Assembly: GCF_001194135.2 (NCBI RefSeq)
Contig: NC_068982.1
Span: 40,160,068-40,224,067, forward strand
DNA: 64,000 nucleotides
Direction: 5' to 3'
Origin: Octopus bimaculoides
Lineage: Eukaryota
The stretch's first letter is position 1. The number at the start of each line of letters is the position of its first letter. Position numbers and translations under genes: made by a program. A model generated the notes under the pieces. That model searched no databases and was not told the origin of the DNA. It worked only from the letters and a program-made list of their open reading frames with translations. Positions 1 through 11,450 of the stretch are shown here, in pieces.

Positions 1-34
<34 letters not shown>

Positions 35-375
35 GCATACATACATATATACATACCTACATGCAAACATACGTACATACATGCATACATACCCACACTC
101 ATACACATACACGCACACTAATTTACAATCAGAATATATCATTTTACGTGAACAAATCTCATATAATATGCAAATACATTTCTGTTAATGTGTAACTAAA
201 TAGATGGTAGATATGGTATATATGTGTATGTGTCCTCGTATGTGTGTGTACGCACATATGCATGTATGTATGTACTTATGTATGTATGTATGTATGTATG
301 TATGTATGTATGTATGTATGTTATGTATGTATGTATGTATTAATGTATGTATGTTTGCATCTATGTATACATGTA
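1..375. repeat. compound (AT)n/(ATAC)n/(ATGT)n microsatellite
   Basis: Direct inspection; the ORFs over it are YIHT/VCMY low-complexity translations. Confidence 0.9.
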
Positions 376-1068
376 TGTATGTATTATATATGTACATAAA
401 CACAGTTTTATACACACATATAGACCATTATATATCTAGAAATGCGCATTATGTGCTTGTGCGAGNNNNNNNNNNTGTATTATATATGTACATAAACACA
501 GTTTTATACACACATATAGACCATTATATATCTAGAAATGCGCATTATGTGCTTGTGCGAGTCACTTTTTCCATAAGTTTGTGTACGTGTATTTCTGCTT
601 GTGCAAGTCTCTGTGTGAGTAAACACGTGCGCTTTTCTATATAACAGTGACAGAGGTGGGATGTATATGGTGTGTGCGTGAATATGAATATATAATTTCT
701 CTGGTGTACCTCCTCTACCAACCGTCTCTCTAATTAATTCCCCGAAAGTCTATTCGACTATTGTGCTGACTGTCTGTCACTTGATCAAACTCAAAATTCT
801 CTTTTATTCTTTTACCGTCTGCTTATCTGAAATATCGGTATTAATAATTTAAATTAGAAATGTCTAATTTTGTTGATATTTAGACCCACTCAAAGCTGAT
901 CAAGGAAACCTATGACCAACAAGTTTCTTTTTATTTATATTTAATTTATATTTATTATATATATATATATATNNNNNNNNNNNNNNNNNNNNNNNNNNNN
1001 NNNNNNNNNNNNNNNNNNNNNNNNNNNNNNNNNNNNNTATATATATACATATACGTATGTATGTATAT

Positions 1069-1460
1069 TTTATCTTTTATCCTATACTTTTTCAGTCATT
1101 GGGCTGAGGCCATGCTTGAGCACCTCCTTGAAGGATTTTAGCCGAATAAATTGACCCCAGAACTTATTTTTTGAAGCCTAACACTTTTTGTTTCATCGGT
1201 TTGCCGAACCCATAAGTTACGGGGATGTAAACACACCAACACTGGTTGTCAAGTGGTGAAGAAGGACTAACATAGATACAGAGATACACAAAGATGTCTA
1301 CATATGCATATACGACGGGTTTCTGACAGTTTCCGCCTACCAAATCCACTCAGAAGAATTTGGTCGAGCATAGGCTATAGTAGAAGTTACTTGTCCAAGG
1401 TGCCACGAAGTAGGACTGAACCCAGAACCATTTGGTTGAGGAGCAAGTTTCTTACCATAT
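1069..1460 (-). mobile_element. tRNA-derived SINE family A (CORE-like), near full length, internal microsatellite
   Basis: Reverse complement aligns by eye with copies at 18891, 37061 and 62190: head with B-box-like GGTTCAGTCC, CCTTGGACAAG core, (TA)n insert, tail ending TGACTGAAA. Confidence 0.85.
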
Positions 1461-1483
1461 ATATATATAACTCGACATTCGTG

Positions 1484-1529
<46 letters not shown>

Positions 1530-1539
1530 NNNNNNNNNN

Positions 1540-1582
<43 letters not shown>

Positions 1583-2468
1583 ACTTACGAGCGTAAGAGT
1601 AAGGGGAAAGTTAGAAAGGGGGAAAAAGTGGTGAAGCTGATTGAGACATAAATATATGTAGACATACAGAAACACACATATGGATATAAATGGATCACAA
1701 CTAAGTATAATTTTTGTTGTGAATGCAGAGGTCGGCTGAATGACTAAACCTGAGTATGTTACTGCTATTTAGGTTTATCGAACCTGAAACAATGAAAGGT
1801 GAAAAAAAAATACCCGAGAAAGGATTGAACTCAAAACATGGAAAATAAAACTAAACTCGATAAGACTGCTTGTCAGTCCTATAATTTGAGACTACTATCA
1901 GACCCACAGCCTATCTCTACATCAATAAGAACTAGCTTTATATTTCTTAGTAAACACAAGTTTCTACATGTCACCGTGTTTTAGTTGACGTACAAATGTA
2001 ATTACGAATATATAGAAAAGAAAAATAGCCTGGGTACAATTAGGAGTGCTTGTTAGCAGCTAGCATATGGCTTTGTTTATGATTTTTAAAACATGAAACA
2101 CGTGACATCTATCTCCGCGTGTCTGTCTATATGGATGTATAAAATGTGTGTTGTTGGTTCTATTTTTGTATGGGCTCTATTCTTTTCGTTTTTTGTTTGT
2201 TTGTTTGTTTGTTTTGTATTTATTCGCTTAAATGTGAGACATACAGCTGCAGAAATTAATGAATGTGGTTATTTCGTATTAAGAGTATCACAGTGAAATG
2301 TTCTTCTCGGGAAATATCTGGACATAATGTAATCCACAGGAACACAGACTCAGATACACATAAGCTCAAACATAAACGTCTATGTATATATATATTTATT
2401 TACTCGTGTATATACATATGTGTGTGTATGTATGTATGTATGTATGTATGTATGTATGTATGCATGTA

Positions 2469-2618
2469 CAGTGGCGGACTGGTCAGGTTGCCAGCTTGCC
2501 GATGGAAAGTGGGCCCTTACACCATTAGAATCCATATATGGGGGTGGGGGTGTCCCCTAAAATATGAGAATTTTTTATTTACTCCTGGAAGAATGCATTA
2601 ATTATTTCAGCCCGGCTG
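2469..2618. mobile_element. possible short hAT-type MITE, diverged
   Basis: Starts CAGTGGCGGACTGG and ends CAGCCCGGCTG (degenerate TIR); 8 bp flanks TGCATGTA / TGTTTGTA match 6 of 8. Confidence 0.35.
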
Positions 2619-2866
2619 TGTTTGTAGACAGTTGAAAAGAACACTTCTAACAAAAAAAAAATAATAATTAAATGATAGTATTGTAGTTGCGGGTGGGTTC
2701 CCTTGTAGTTGTAAGTTAGCCCCCTTAGTCTCCTGGCAACCAATATTTTTAGANNNNNNNNNNNNNNNNNNNNNNNNNNNNNNNNNNNNNNNNNNNNNNN
2801 NNNNNNNNNNNNNNNNNNNNNNNNNNNNNNNNNNNNNNNNNNNNNNNNNNNNNNNNNNNNNNNTAT

Positions 2867-2941
<75 letters not shown>

Positions 2942-3004
2942 AATATATATATACATTCACGTAACTGATATATTATATATGTATGTGTGTGTATGTGTGT
3001 GTTT

Positions 3005-3282
3005 TGGGATCACCACCACTTTATTATCTCCCATTCTTCCTAGTTCTCCTGTGTGATCCCTCTGTCCGGCATTTGCCATGATAGATTGCTAGCCACTACA
3101 CATTCTTTATTTTCTCTTCTTGTTTCTCTCTATGTTCCTTTCTGCAGAAGAGCGTAGGCTCGAAACATTAAAGACTTTTTCACTTCCCGAGCGTTAAACT
3201 AATACATCTGTTTGTTGTCTACATCAGCTGTCCTCCTCTTTTGTTATTTCTTTGGGGTGGGGTTGTGAATTCTCTCCCTATG
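3005..3282 (+). mobile_element. Penelope-type terminal repeat / non-autonomous element with variant hammerhead motif (family P1)
   Basis: About 280 bp homologous to the reverse complement of 22322-22610; shorter copies at 4520-4700 and 7452-7640. Contains CTTT-CTGCAGA-A-GAGC-GTAG-GCTC-GAAAC-ATT-AAAG at 3138-3173. Confidence 0.6.
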
Positions 3283-3339
3283 TATATGATGGACTTTCTC
3301 GTCGAGTACGATGTATGAGCATTCAACGTTTGCCGAGTG

Positions 3340-3572
3340 ACCTGCAGAAATGATTTGTATTTTGTGATCAAATGTTCGTGTCACACATTAGCTCAAATTC
3401 TCCACCAAATCGACGTTGTCTGAATAGGTGCACACTGCACCAAGCGTCAGATGTCAAAGTGATCGCAAAGCAACGTGGTTTGCTCAAGTGTTTTTCTCAA
3501 CACCACCCGGTCTAGGAATTGAAATCACGATCGCTAGATCATGAGTGCAACACCCTAACCATTAAGCCATAC
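3340..3572 (-). mobile_element. tRNA-derived SINE, minor family
   Basis: Minus strand reads TGGCTTAATGGTTAGGGTG (A-box-like) then GATTTCAATTCCTAGACC (B-box-like) followed by a non-tRNA body. Confidence 0.55.
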
Positions 3573-3699
3573 ATATATGCATTCATATATAATTAAATAC
3601 ATACATTACATATGTATATGTAAATATATATGTATGTGTATATATGTGTGGGTGTGTGTTTGTGTGTGTGTGTGTGTATGTGTGCGTGTGTGTGTATAC

Positions 3700-3841
3700 T
3701 TAAATGTCGTGGATATAATGTCTTTATTTGTGACTTAAGTCTATCATTTGGTTTCATGTCAAGAGAAGATGTATGAAAATATCCTATTGTCTTAACAAAA
3801 TCTTCCAGCCGATCACATGTAGAAAGGCCTTCGTCTCCATT
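3700..3841 (-). CDS. candidate isolated exon, product unknown
   Basis: Acceptor ACTGTTTTCCAG, 142 nt open frame NGDEGLSTCDRLEDFVKTIGYFHTSSLDMKPNDRLKSQIKTLYPRHL, weak donor GTATAC; no recognised homology. Confidence 0.2.
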
Positions 3842-4389
3842 CTGGAAAACAGTTTCGTTTAGTGCACAGGGGTTCTCGTAAATTCACGTGAATAAAGCAG
3901 GGATTCAATGAATCAAGGGTAGTTACTCTTAGGTGGCATCTTTTGGATATGTGGCATGTTTTGGATGTGTGTCTCCCTTAGATTTGTCTCTGGGACAAAT
4001 ATTTTGTGTGGTCAATTTGTTTGCATTATTTTGTTTTTGTGCTGGTCTCCTTATGTGTTGTAAGGTAGTTCGTCATTGGGGAATATTTCTTCTTTGTGTG
4101 GCGTTTGTTTGCTATGTGTGTTCACGTTTAGGAATGGGACTATCCTAGAGGGATGCAGGGAGAGGTTTCATCCCGAATGTTTAAGATGTTATCTGCTGAT
4201 TGCATAATGCTAAATTTTTCCGTAATATAGAATTCATATTTGATACCCAATCTTCTGTAATTTTTGACTTGAGCAATAATCTTCCATTCTATCTTCTTTC
4301 AATGTCCATATCATATTTGACTGAGATGTTGCATTTTTTCTTTTGTATTTATCACTGAATGATCGCAGATGTTGTGTACGTACGTACAT

Positions 4390-4443
<54 letters not shown>

Positions 4444-4446
4444 GCA

Positions 4447-4519
<73 letters not shown>

Positions 4520-4700
4520 TTCAAATTTACTGCAACAAAAGACGAAGACAGGTGAAGGAACAACAAGGAAGTGTATTAGTTTGATTTTCAGAAAGAACGT
4601 AAAAGTCTTTGACGCTTCGAACCCATTCTCTTCGACAGAAAGGGTTGAGAGAAAAAAAATGGAGAGAGAAACGAAAAAAAAGACCGGCGACCGGTTCAAC
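4520..4700 (-). mobile_element. family P1 repeat, degenerate hammerhead motif at 4607-4642
   Basis: Minus strand CTTT-CTGTCGA-A-GAGA-ATGG-GTTC-GAAGC-GTC-AAAG; body similar to 3180-3250. Confidence 0.55.
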
Positions 4701-4749
4701 ATGATGATAAGTGTGTGTGTGTATATAAATTTTATAATTAATATCTAAT

Positions 4750-4975
4750 TATAATTGAGGGTACACGAAGTACCAGCTTGCTAAAAATAAGAGTCAAGAA
4801 TCCTCTAATAAAACTATTTCACCGAAAACATACCAGACCGACAGAAATCAAGGAACGAGCAAAGAAATTAACTTACCATCTCGGCTGATAGTCACAGACT
4901 AAGGCAATAGATACACCTGTACCATATGATTTCGAATGTTGATATTTCTTAATTCTCATCAGCAGGTCTCACTAA
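4750..4975 (-). mobile_element. Penelope-type repeat (family P2) carrying a hammerhead; direct-repeat partner at 5466-5645
   Basis: 4750-4925 aligns with 5466-5645 (shared CTTGCTAAAAAT, CAGACCGACAGAAATC, CATCTCGGCTGATA, ACTAAGGCAATAGATA). Confidence 0.6.
4915..4967 (-). ncRNA. type I hammerhead ribozyme motif, canonical core
   Basis: Minus strand: stem I ACCUG/CAGGU, core CUGAUGA, stem II GAAU/AUUC with 14 nt loop, GAAA, stem III AUC-AUAU-GGU, predicted cleavage after GUA. Confidence 0.75.
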
Positions 4976-5142
4976 ATACTTAGGGTTAAAAATCTTACTC
5001 ACCTCATCGTGTCTGTTAAACGCTGAACAGGCTCACGCCAAATTCAAAACGATATCAGTGTAGGATCTTCCATAAATGAATAAATATTCAAATAAATATT
5101 TATATAGATAATATTATCATTATTAGCAGTGAAATAACTAGA

Positions 5143-5198
<56 letters not shown>

Positions 5199-5294
5199 AC
5201 CTGTTGTCACTTGAGATCTCTGGGTGGGACTTGGACTCAACTTGTACAAATACAAAGCAAAAAGTCAAACATATAATAATAGTAATAATAATAA

Positions 5295-5325
<31 letters not shown>

Positions 5326-5346
5326 AAGAAGAAGAAGAAGAAGAAG

Positions 5347-5379
<33 letters not shown>

Positions 5380-5400
5380 AATAATAATAATAATAATATA
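5143..5400. repeat. (AGT)n and compound (AAT)(AAG)(AAC)(AAT) triplet arrays enclosing a 75 bp unique insert
   Basis: Direct inspection. Confidence 0.9.
5199..5275 (+). mobile_element. probable extreme 3' end of an R4/Dong-like LINE
   Basis: TTGAGATCTCTGGGTGGGACTTGG...AAAGTCAAACATA runs directly into (AAT)n, inside a triplet microsatellite. Family assignment is from recall, not alignment. Confidence 0.3.
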
Positions 5401-5465
5401 AGTGGTCAAAAAGCAATTATACCGAAAAAGATCAAATCCATAAATTTTATAATTACTTTATATAT

Positions 5466-5645
5466 ATAACTGAGAGTACACAAAGTAACAACTTGCTAAA
5501 AATATAAGAGACAAGAATCCTGTAATAAGCCACCATTTCACTGTTAACATAACAGACCGACAGAAATCGAGCGACGAGCAAAAAAATAACTTAGCATCTC
5601 GGCTGATATCCACAAACTAAGGCAATAGATATACCTGTATCATAG
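5466..5645 (-). mobile_element. second family P2 copy lacking the hammerhead core
   Basis: Homology to 4750-4925 stops a few nt beyond ACCTG (5633-5637), near the predicted cleavage site. Confidence 0.55.
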
Positions 5646-6929
5646 ATATACCTATATAAATACTTATTTGAACATTTATTCATATATATATATATATATA
5701 ATGCACACTATATGGATTTATTTAATCCGGTGGTAATCACGAAAAAACCCCTTTAGTGGACCAGGCTACAAACTACATAGTAAATCAATACAGAGGAGTG
5801 TAATGTATTCCTATGAAATATTCTGCTAAAATACTTAAGATCTATAAGGAAGAGAAAATGAGAATGTGCAATAACATCAGGAATCCTGTTTAAAAATTAA
5901 CTCATGAAGAATTCATCTCTCCTAATAATTGTGTCTGTAATCTACGTTTATGCACCACGACGGATCTTCTATGTGATCTTTCGGCATGCTGGAAATGACT
6001 CACAGATCTCCATGAAATCACACTCATCCTCTTTTATAAATAAATTAGAAGATCCCACACGTTAAAATGTGGTCCAGTAAGGTAAAATCAATAGTGATAG
6101 TCATGGCTGGTAAAAGGAGAGAAACTTCTGGGCAAGAATTGACGCAAAGGTGATCATTATGTATAGCCAATGATTTACATATAAGGACAATTCAAATTGT
6201 ACCTGTGTGCACCTATGTGTGTGTGAGTGAATGAGTATGTGCGTCTGCGTGTGTGTTTAATATATAAGATTTTATGTATGAGTTCTGTGGTTAAGATTAG
6301 TAATTAAAAAAAAGTAATTATTCCCCTGATTTTTTTCTATTTGTTACTACGATTCATGCATTTATTGAAAAAGGTTTTCCCAACATTCATTTATATATCT
6401 ATATTCAGATTAAAACTTAGAAATTAAATATAAAGAGTTTAATAACTTCTTTGCAGTAAAATTATTCATCTTTCTCAACACTTCAAATATGAAGGAGATG
6501 ATTTCTTTTCAATTAATCATGATTTTATTCGTTCAGAGGTAAACATGAGACTTTAAACATAAATCTAATATCCAGTTGCTACCGGATGTTGCGTAATACA
6601 TGTGACAACTTTCTTTAAATGGCTCATGTAAATATTATGTAGTAAACAATACACGACAATGAAGCTCAGTAAATTCTGGACACAGGTTTCTTTTCTTTTT
6701 TTTTCCATTTTTTTTTTTTTGCTCTAGTTTCACAGCTGCAGTCGAACTGGAAGTTTAATTAAAATTGATATTAATGAAATGTCTTACGTAGTTTTGCACA
6801 CGTGAACACTGTTATAAACTTGTAAGTTCATTGTCTTTTTTATGTGATTAATTTATGTGAATTTATTAACATTTGGTAAATAGTTTTTGCAGAAAACGTT
6901 AACTAACATGTACTGTCTCATAAGGATAT

Positions 6930-7180
6930 TGGTTTCAAATTTTAGCACAGAGTGAGTAAGTGCCGAGAAAAGGGCGAGTTGATAACATCGACCCTAGTAC
7001 TCAACTGGTACCTATTTTGCCGATGCCGATGGAATATGAATTCAGAACGTAAGGATGGACGAAATGCTCCTATATATTTTGACAGGCGTGCTAACGATTC
7101 TTTTCTACTCTAGGCACAAGGCCCAACATTTTGGAGGAGTGGGGCTAGTCGATTAGATCGATCCCCAGTACGCAACTACA
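6930..7180 (-). mobile_element. SINE family B, degraded, plus a second tail fragment
   Basis: GGCGTGCTAACGATTCT is the reverse complement of the family B head; CAACTGGTAC and GTCGATTAGATCGA tail motifs present. Confidence 0.7.
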
Positions 7181-7227
7181 GTGTACCCCATTAGTCAGAT
7201 AAAGAGTTCGGTTCGAAATTCCACCAG

Positions 7228-7273
7228 AACACCTGATGAAAGCTGGAGAGTACATCAGCCGAAACGTTGTGAT
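7228..7273 (+). ncRNA. minimal Penelope-type hammerhead motif (family P3), slightly degenerate
   Basis: AACAC-CTGATGA-A-AGCTG-10nt-CAGCC-GAAAC-GTT-GTGAT: stem I 4/5, stem II 4/5, loopless palindromic AACGTT stem III. Confidence 0.55.
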
Positions 7274-7379
7274 AACAACAAATAAGATGAGGACACCTAT
7301 CCGTCCATTGTAAATAATGTACATACTTCCTCAGCTAAAAAATATAGAATAGTATTAGATATAGACATGTATTTATATA

Positions 7380-7411
<32 letters not shown>

Positions 7412-7416
7412 AATGG

Positions 7417-7451
<35 letters not shown>

Positions 7452-7454
<3 letters not shown>

Positions 7455-7640
7455 GAGAATATACAAATAATAACGACAGACGAGGACAGGTGGTGTAAAT
7501 AACAAAAGTATATATTAGTATGACGCTCGGGTATACGGAAAGTCTTTGACGTTTCGAGCTACGCTCTTCAACAGAATGAATACGGAGACAAGGAGAAAAA
7601 CACGGAGAAAAAAAATTGAATAGTGTTCAGTCAACGGTCA
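7452..7640 (-). mobile_element. family P1 repeat with hammerhead motif at 7544-7578
   Basis: Minus strand CATT-CTGTTGA-A-GAGC-GTA-GCTC-GAAAC-GTC-AAAG; 3' end abuts (TA)n. Confidence 0.65.
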
Positions 7641-7965
7641 GTATGTATATGTATATGTATATATATTTATATGTGTGTATGTATGTATGTATATATGTGT
7701 GTGTATGCATTATGATGTGCATGTACGTATGTATGCATCTCTGTATGGATTGATGTAGGAATGGATGTAATAGATAGATAAATATGCATGTATCCAAGCA
7801 TAGATATTTATATACATATACTTATACTCACACACACTTACAGACATGCATATATATATATATATATACACAAAGATATACATACTCACATATAAACTAC
7901 CACAGATAGATTTTTATTGTTAGAAGCATGAAATCACCATGGTTATATATACATACATATACATG

Positions 7966-8035
<70 letters not shown>

Positions 8036-9054
8036 NNNNNNNNNNNNNNNNNNNNNNNNNNNNNNNNNNNNNNNNNNNNNNNNNNNNNNNNNNNNNNNNN
8101 NNNNNNNNNNNNNNNNNNNNNNNNNNNNNNNNNNNNNNNNNNNNNNNNNNNNNNNNNNNNNNNNNNNNNNNNNNNNNNNNNNNNNNNNNNNNNNNNNNNN
8201 NNNNNNNNNNNNNNNNNNNNNNNNNNNNNNNNNNNNNNNNNNNNNNNNNNNNNNNNNNNNNNNNNNNNNNNNNNNNNNNNNNNNNNNNNNNNNNNNNNNN
8301 NNNNNNNNNNNNNNNNNNNNNNNNNNNNNNNNNNNNNNNNNNNNNNNNNNNNNNNNNNNNNNNNNNNNNNNNNNNNNNNNNNNNNNNNNNNNNNNNNNNN
8401 NNNNNNNNNNNNNNNNNNNNNNNNNNNNNNNNNNNNNNNNNNNNNNNNNNNNNNNNNNNNNNNNNNNNNNNNNNNNNNNNNNNNNNNNNNNNNNNNNNNN
8501 NNNNNNNNNNNNNNNNNNNNNNNNNNNNNNNNNNNNNNNNNNNNNNNNNNNNNNNNNNNNNNNNNNNNNNNNNNNNNNNNNNNNNNNNNNNNNNNNNNNN
8601 NNNNNNNNNNNNNNNNNNNNNNNNNNNNNNNNNNNNNNNNNNNNNNNNNNNNNNNNNNNNNNNNNNNNNNNNNNNNNNNNNNNNNNNNNNNNNNNNNNNN
8701 NNNNNNNNNNNNNNNNNNNNNNNNNNNNNNNNNNNNNNNNNNNNNNNNNNNNNNNNNNNNNNNNNNNNNNNNNNNNNNNNNNNNNNNNNNNNNNNNNNNN
8801 NNNNNNNNNNNNNNNNNNNNNNNNNNNNNNNNNNNNNNNNNNNNNNNNNNNNNNNNNNNNNNNNNNNNNNNNNNNNNNNNNNNNNNNNNNNNNNNNNNNN
8901 NNNNNNNNNNNNNNNNNNNNNNNNNNNNNNNNNNNNNNNNNNNNNNNNNNNNNNNNNNNNNNNNNNNNNNNNNNNNNNNNNNNNNNNNNNNNNNNNNNNN
9001 NNNNNNNNNNNNNNNNNNNNNNNNNNNNNNTATATATATATATATATATATACA

Positions 9055-9086
<32 letters not shown>

Positions 9087-9256
9087 CGTGTCTGTGTCTG
9101 CCTCTGCCCGCGTTTGTGCAACGTTGTCTTGTTTTCGTTTTTGTTTTGTTTTTGTTTATTGTCGCAGTAATCGGCACATACAAAAAAAGAAGAAATGAGT
9201 ACCGATTGGTGGTGTCCATCAGTCAGACAGAAACAAACACGCATACAGACGCACGC

Positions 9257-9292
<36 letters not shown>

Positions 9293-9584
9293 AGACACAC
9301 CTATTCATTCATACACATGCACACACAAAGAAAGGGAGATAAAATAAGAGAGAGAGAGAGGGGGGGGAAGGAATCAGTAACAAGGAAACAGCTACTGTAG
9401 GTAGTTCGCTGCATTATTGTTTGCAAGAAAGCATTGCGTTTCGTTTGTTACTATAGCGTTGTCCATGGCAACCGTGTGTATATTTGTTTAAAAGCTGTGT
9501 ACCAAAGAAGTAGAAAATATATGCGAAATACTCGGATACACAGAATAGATTTCTTCTCTGATATACCATTGCTTTCTTCAATTG

Positions 9585-9585
<1 letters not shown>

Positions 9586-9670
<85 letters not shown>
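9586..9670. repeat. (ATT)n microsatellite, tail/target of the adjacent LINE
   Basis: Direct inspection. Confidence 0.95.
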
Positions 9671-9671
<1 letters not shown>

Positions 9672-11302
9672 TTGTAGTCTTATTTTTATCAGGTGCTTTC
9701 ACTGCACTACCGAGCGCAGGTCTGTGTAACTAGATATGTGCTGTGGTTTGTTGTGATGCTCTTATTTTTACTGTATTGGAAGTGTTTTACGTAAGATGTG
9801 TGCAGTACCTAGTAGTAGTTTTATTTTCTGTATGCTATATATACTTGTTAGTCCTGGTGTTTTTGTTATGTATTTGTCTGAATATTTTTTTATCATACCT
9901 AATGCACCTACTATGATTGGAATTGTTTCTGTTTTTAGACTCCACATTCGATTTACCCCTATTTTCAGATCTTTATATTTTGAAAGTTTCCCCGTTTCTT
10001 CTAGAGAAAGATTGTCCATTGTTGTTGGGATTGATACATCGAATAGAAAGCATTTTTCTCGGTGATCTCTGACAACTATATCCGGTCTATTGGCCTTAAT
10101 TTCTCTATCTGTGTGTATTGGCACATTCCAGAGTATGGTTGCTTTCTTATTTTCTGTGACCTTTTCTAGAGTGTGCCTATACCATCTTTTTCTGTTGTTA
10201 TTTCATAGTGTTAGCATAGCTTCTAGTGAATATAGGTCCCAATTCTTTCATGTTTGTGAATATATTCCTCCTTAGCCAGGACTGGGCAGACAGAGACCAT
10301 ATGATTTATTGTTTCTTCTCCATCACCACATATTCTTCAGTTACTTGTATTTCTTTACATTACATGTCTTTGGTAATTTCTGGTGGGAAGGCTTGTCCTG
10401 CTATTAAAAATCCTTCAGTCTCTGCTTTGAGTCCTGAGCTTCTCAGCCATTGTTGGGATTTTGCTTTGTTTATTTCTTTTCTGTTTAGTCTAACCCAGCA
10501 TTTGCCACGAAGGGACTTTTCTTACCATCATTTTATCATGATCCGTTGCTGCTCCAGTTTTAGTTTGGATTTCAGTTGTTTTACCGCTTTTGCTGTTTCT
10601 TCTTTTCCTTCATAGTTGTTAGGTACTATGACTTATTGGGGATTTGTCAGCTTTCTTAAAGCATGTAAACAGCTTTTGTTTTCTTCGTGTTTTGTGGCTA
10701 TTTGTATTAGTTTTCCTTGATCCTGAAGTAGGTATTTCTGTAGTCTTATAGTGGTTATTTTGCAATAGTTTTCTAACTGTATAAGGCCTCAACCACCTTC
10801 GACTTGTTGTATATATAACCTTTCTACGTCAGATTTTGGGTGGTGCATCCTAAATCCTGACATTATTTTTCCTATTTTCCTGTCTATTTTGATTAGCTCA
10901 TTTAGAGTCCGTTTAAGAATATTGTAGCTGTAACTTTTAACTGGGACGATTAGAGTATTGATACCTATTAACTTGTTTTTCGTATTGAGCTCTGTTTTCA
11001 GTATTAACCTAATTCGTCTATAGTATACTTTTCTTATCTTCTCTTTCATTCGTGTGTGTTGTATCGCATTTAGTTCATTGATTCCTAAGTATTTGTATGT
11101 CTGGCTTTGATCTAATTATCTTCATTTGCTTTATTTAGTGTGATGTTGCTACTCTTATCTAGTTTTCCTCTTTCCAAGGTTGTTTTGGCACATTTTTGTA
11201 AGCCAAATTTCATGTTTATTTCTTTGGTAAATCCATGTGATGTCCGTAGTAATGTTTACAGCAGTTTATTATTGTGTCGTACAGTTTTAGATCATCCATA
11301 TA
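9671..11302 (-). mobile_element. 5'-truncated, frameshifted R4/Dong-clade non-LTR retrotransposon (RT C-terminal half, CCHC, restriction-like endonuclease, 3' UTR)
   Basis: YMDDLKLY at 11279-11302; HPKSDVERLY (ORF 10789-11049); WLRSSGLKAETEG; *RICGDGEETINHMVSVC knuckle; ANRPDIVV...DVSIP...KLSKYKDL endonuclease (ORF 9768-10124); (AAT)n tail. Confidence 0.9.
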
Positions 11303-11331
11303 TTATTATTATTAATATTATCATTATTATT

Positions 11332-11411
<80 letters not shown>

Positions 11412-11450
11412 TATCATTATTATTTTTATTATTATTATTATTATTATTAT
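11303..11450. repeat. (ATT)/(ATC) compound microsatellite
   Basis: Direct inspection. Confidence 0.95.

Noticed and set aside
376-561. Exact ~86 bp direct repeat either side of a 10-N gap
   Set aside because: Typical unmerged contig overlap; assembly artefact rather than biological duplication.
7897-9400. Long ORFs (400-490 aa) here and at 19135-19896, 47090-48082, 56352-57121 and 58332-59649
   Set aside because: They are runs of X across N gaps plus dinucleotide-repeat translations.
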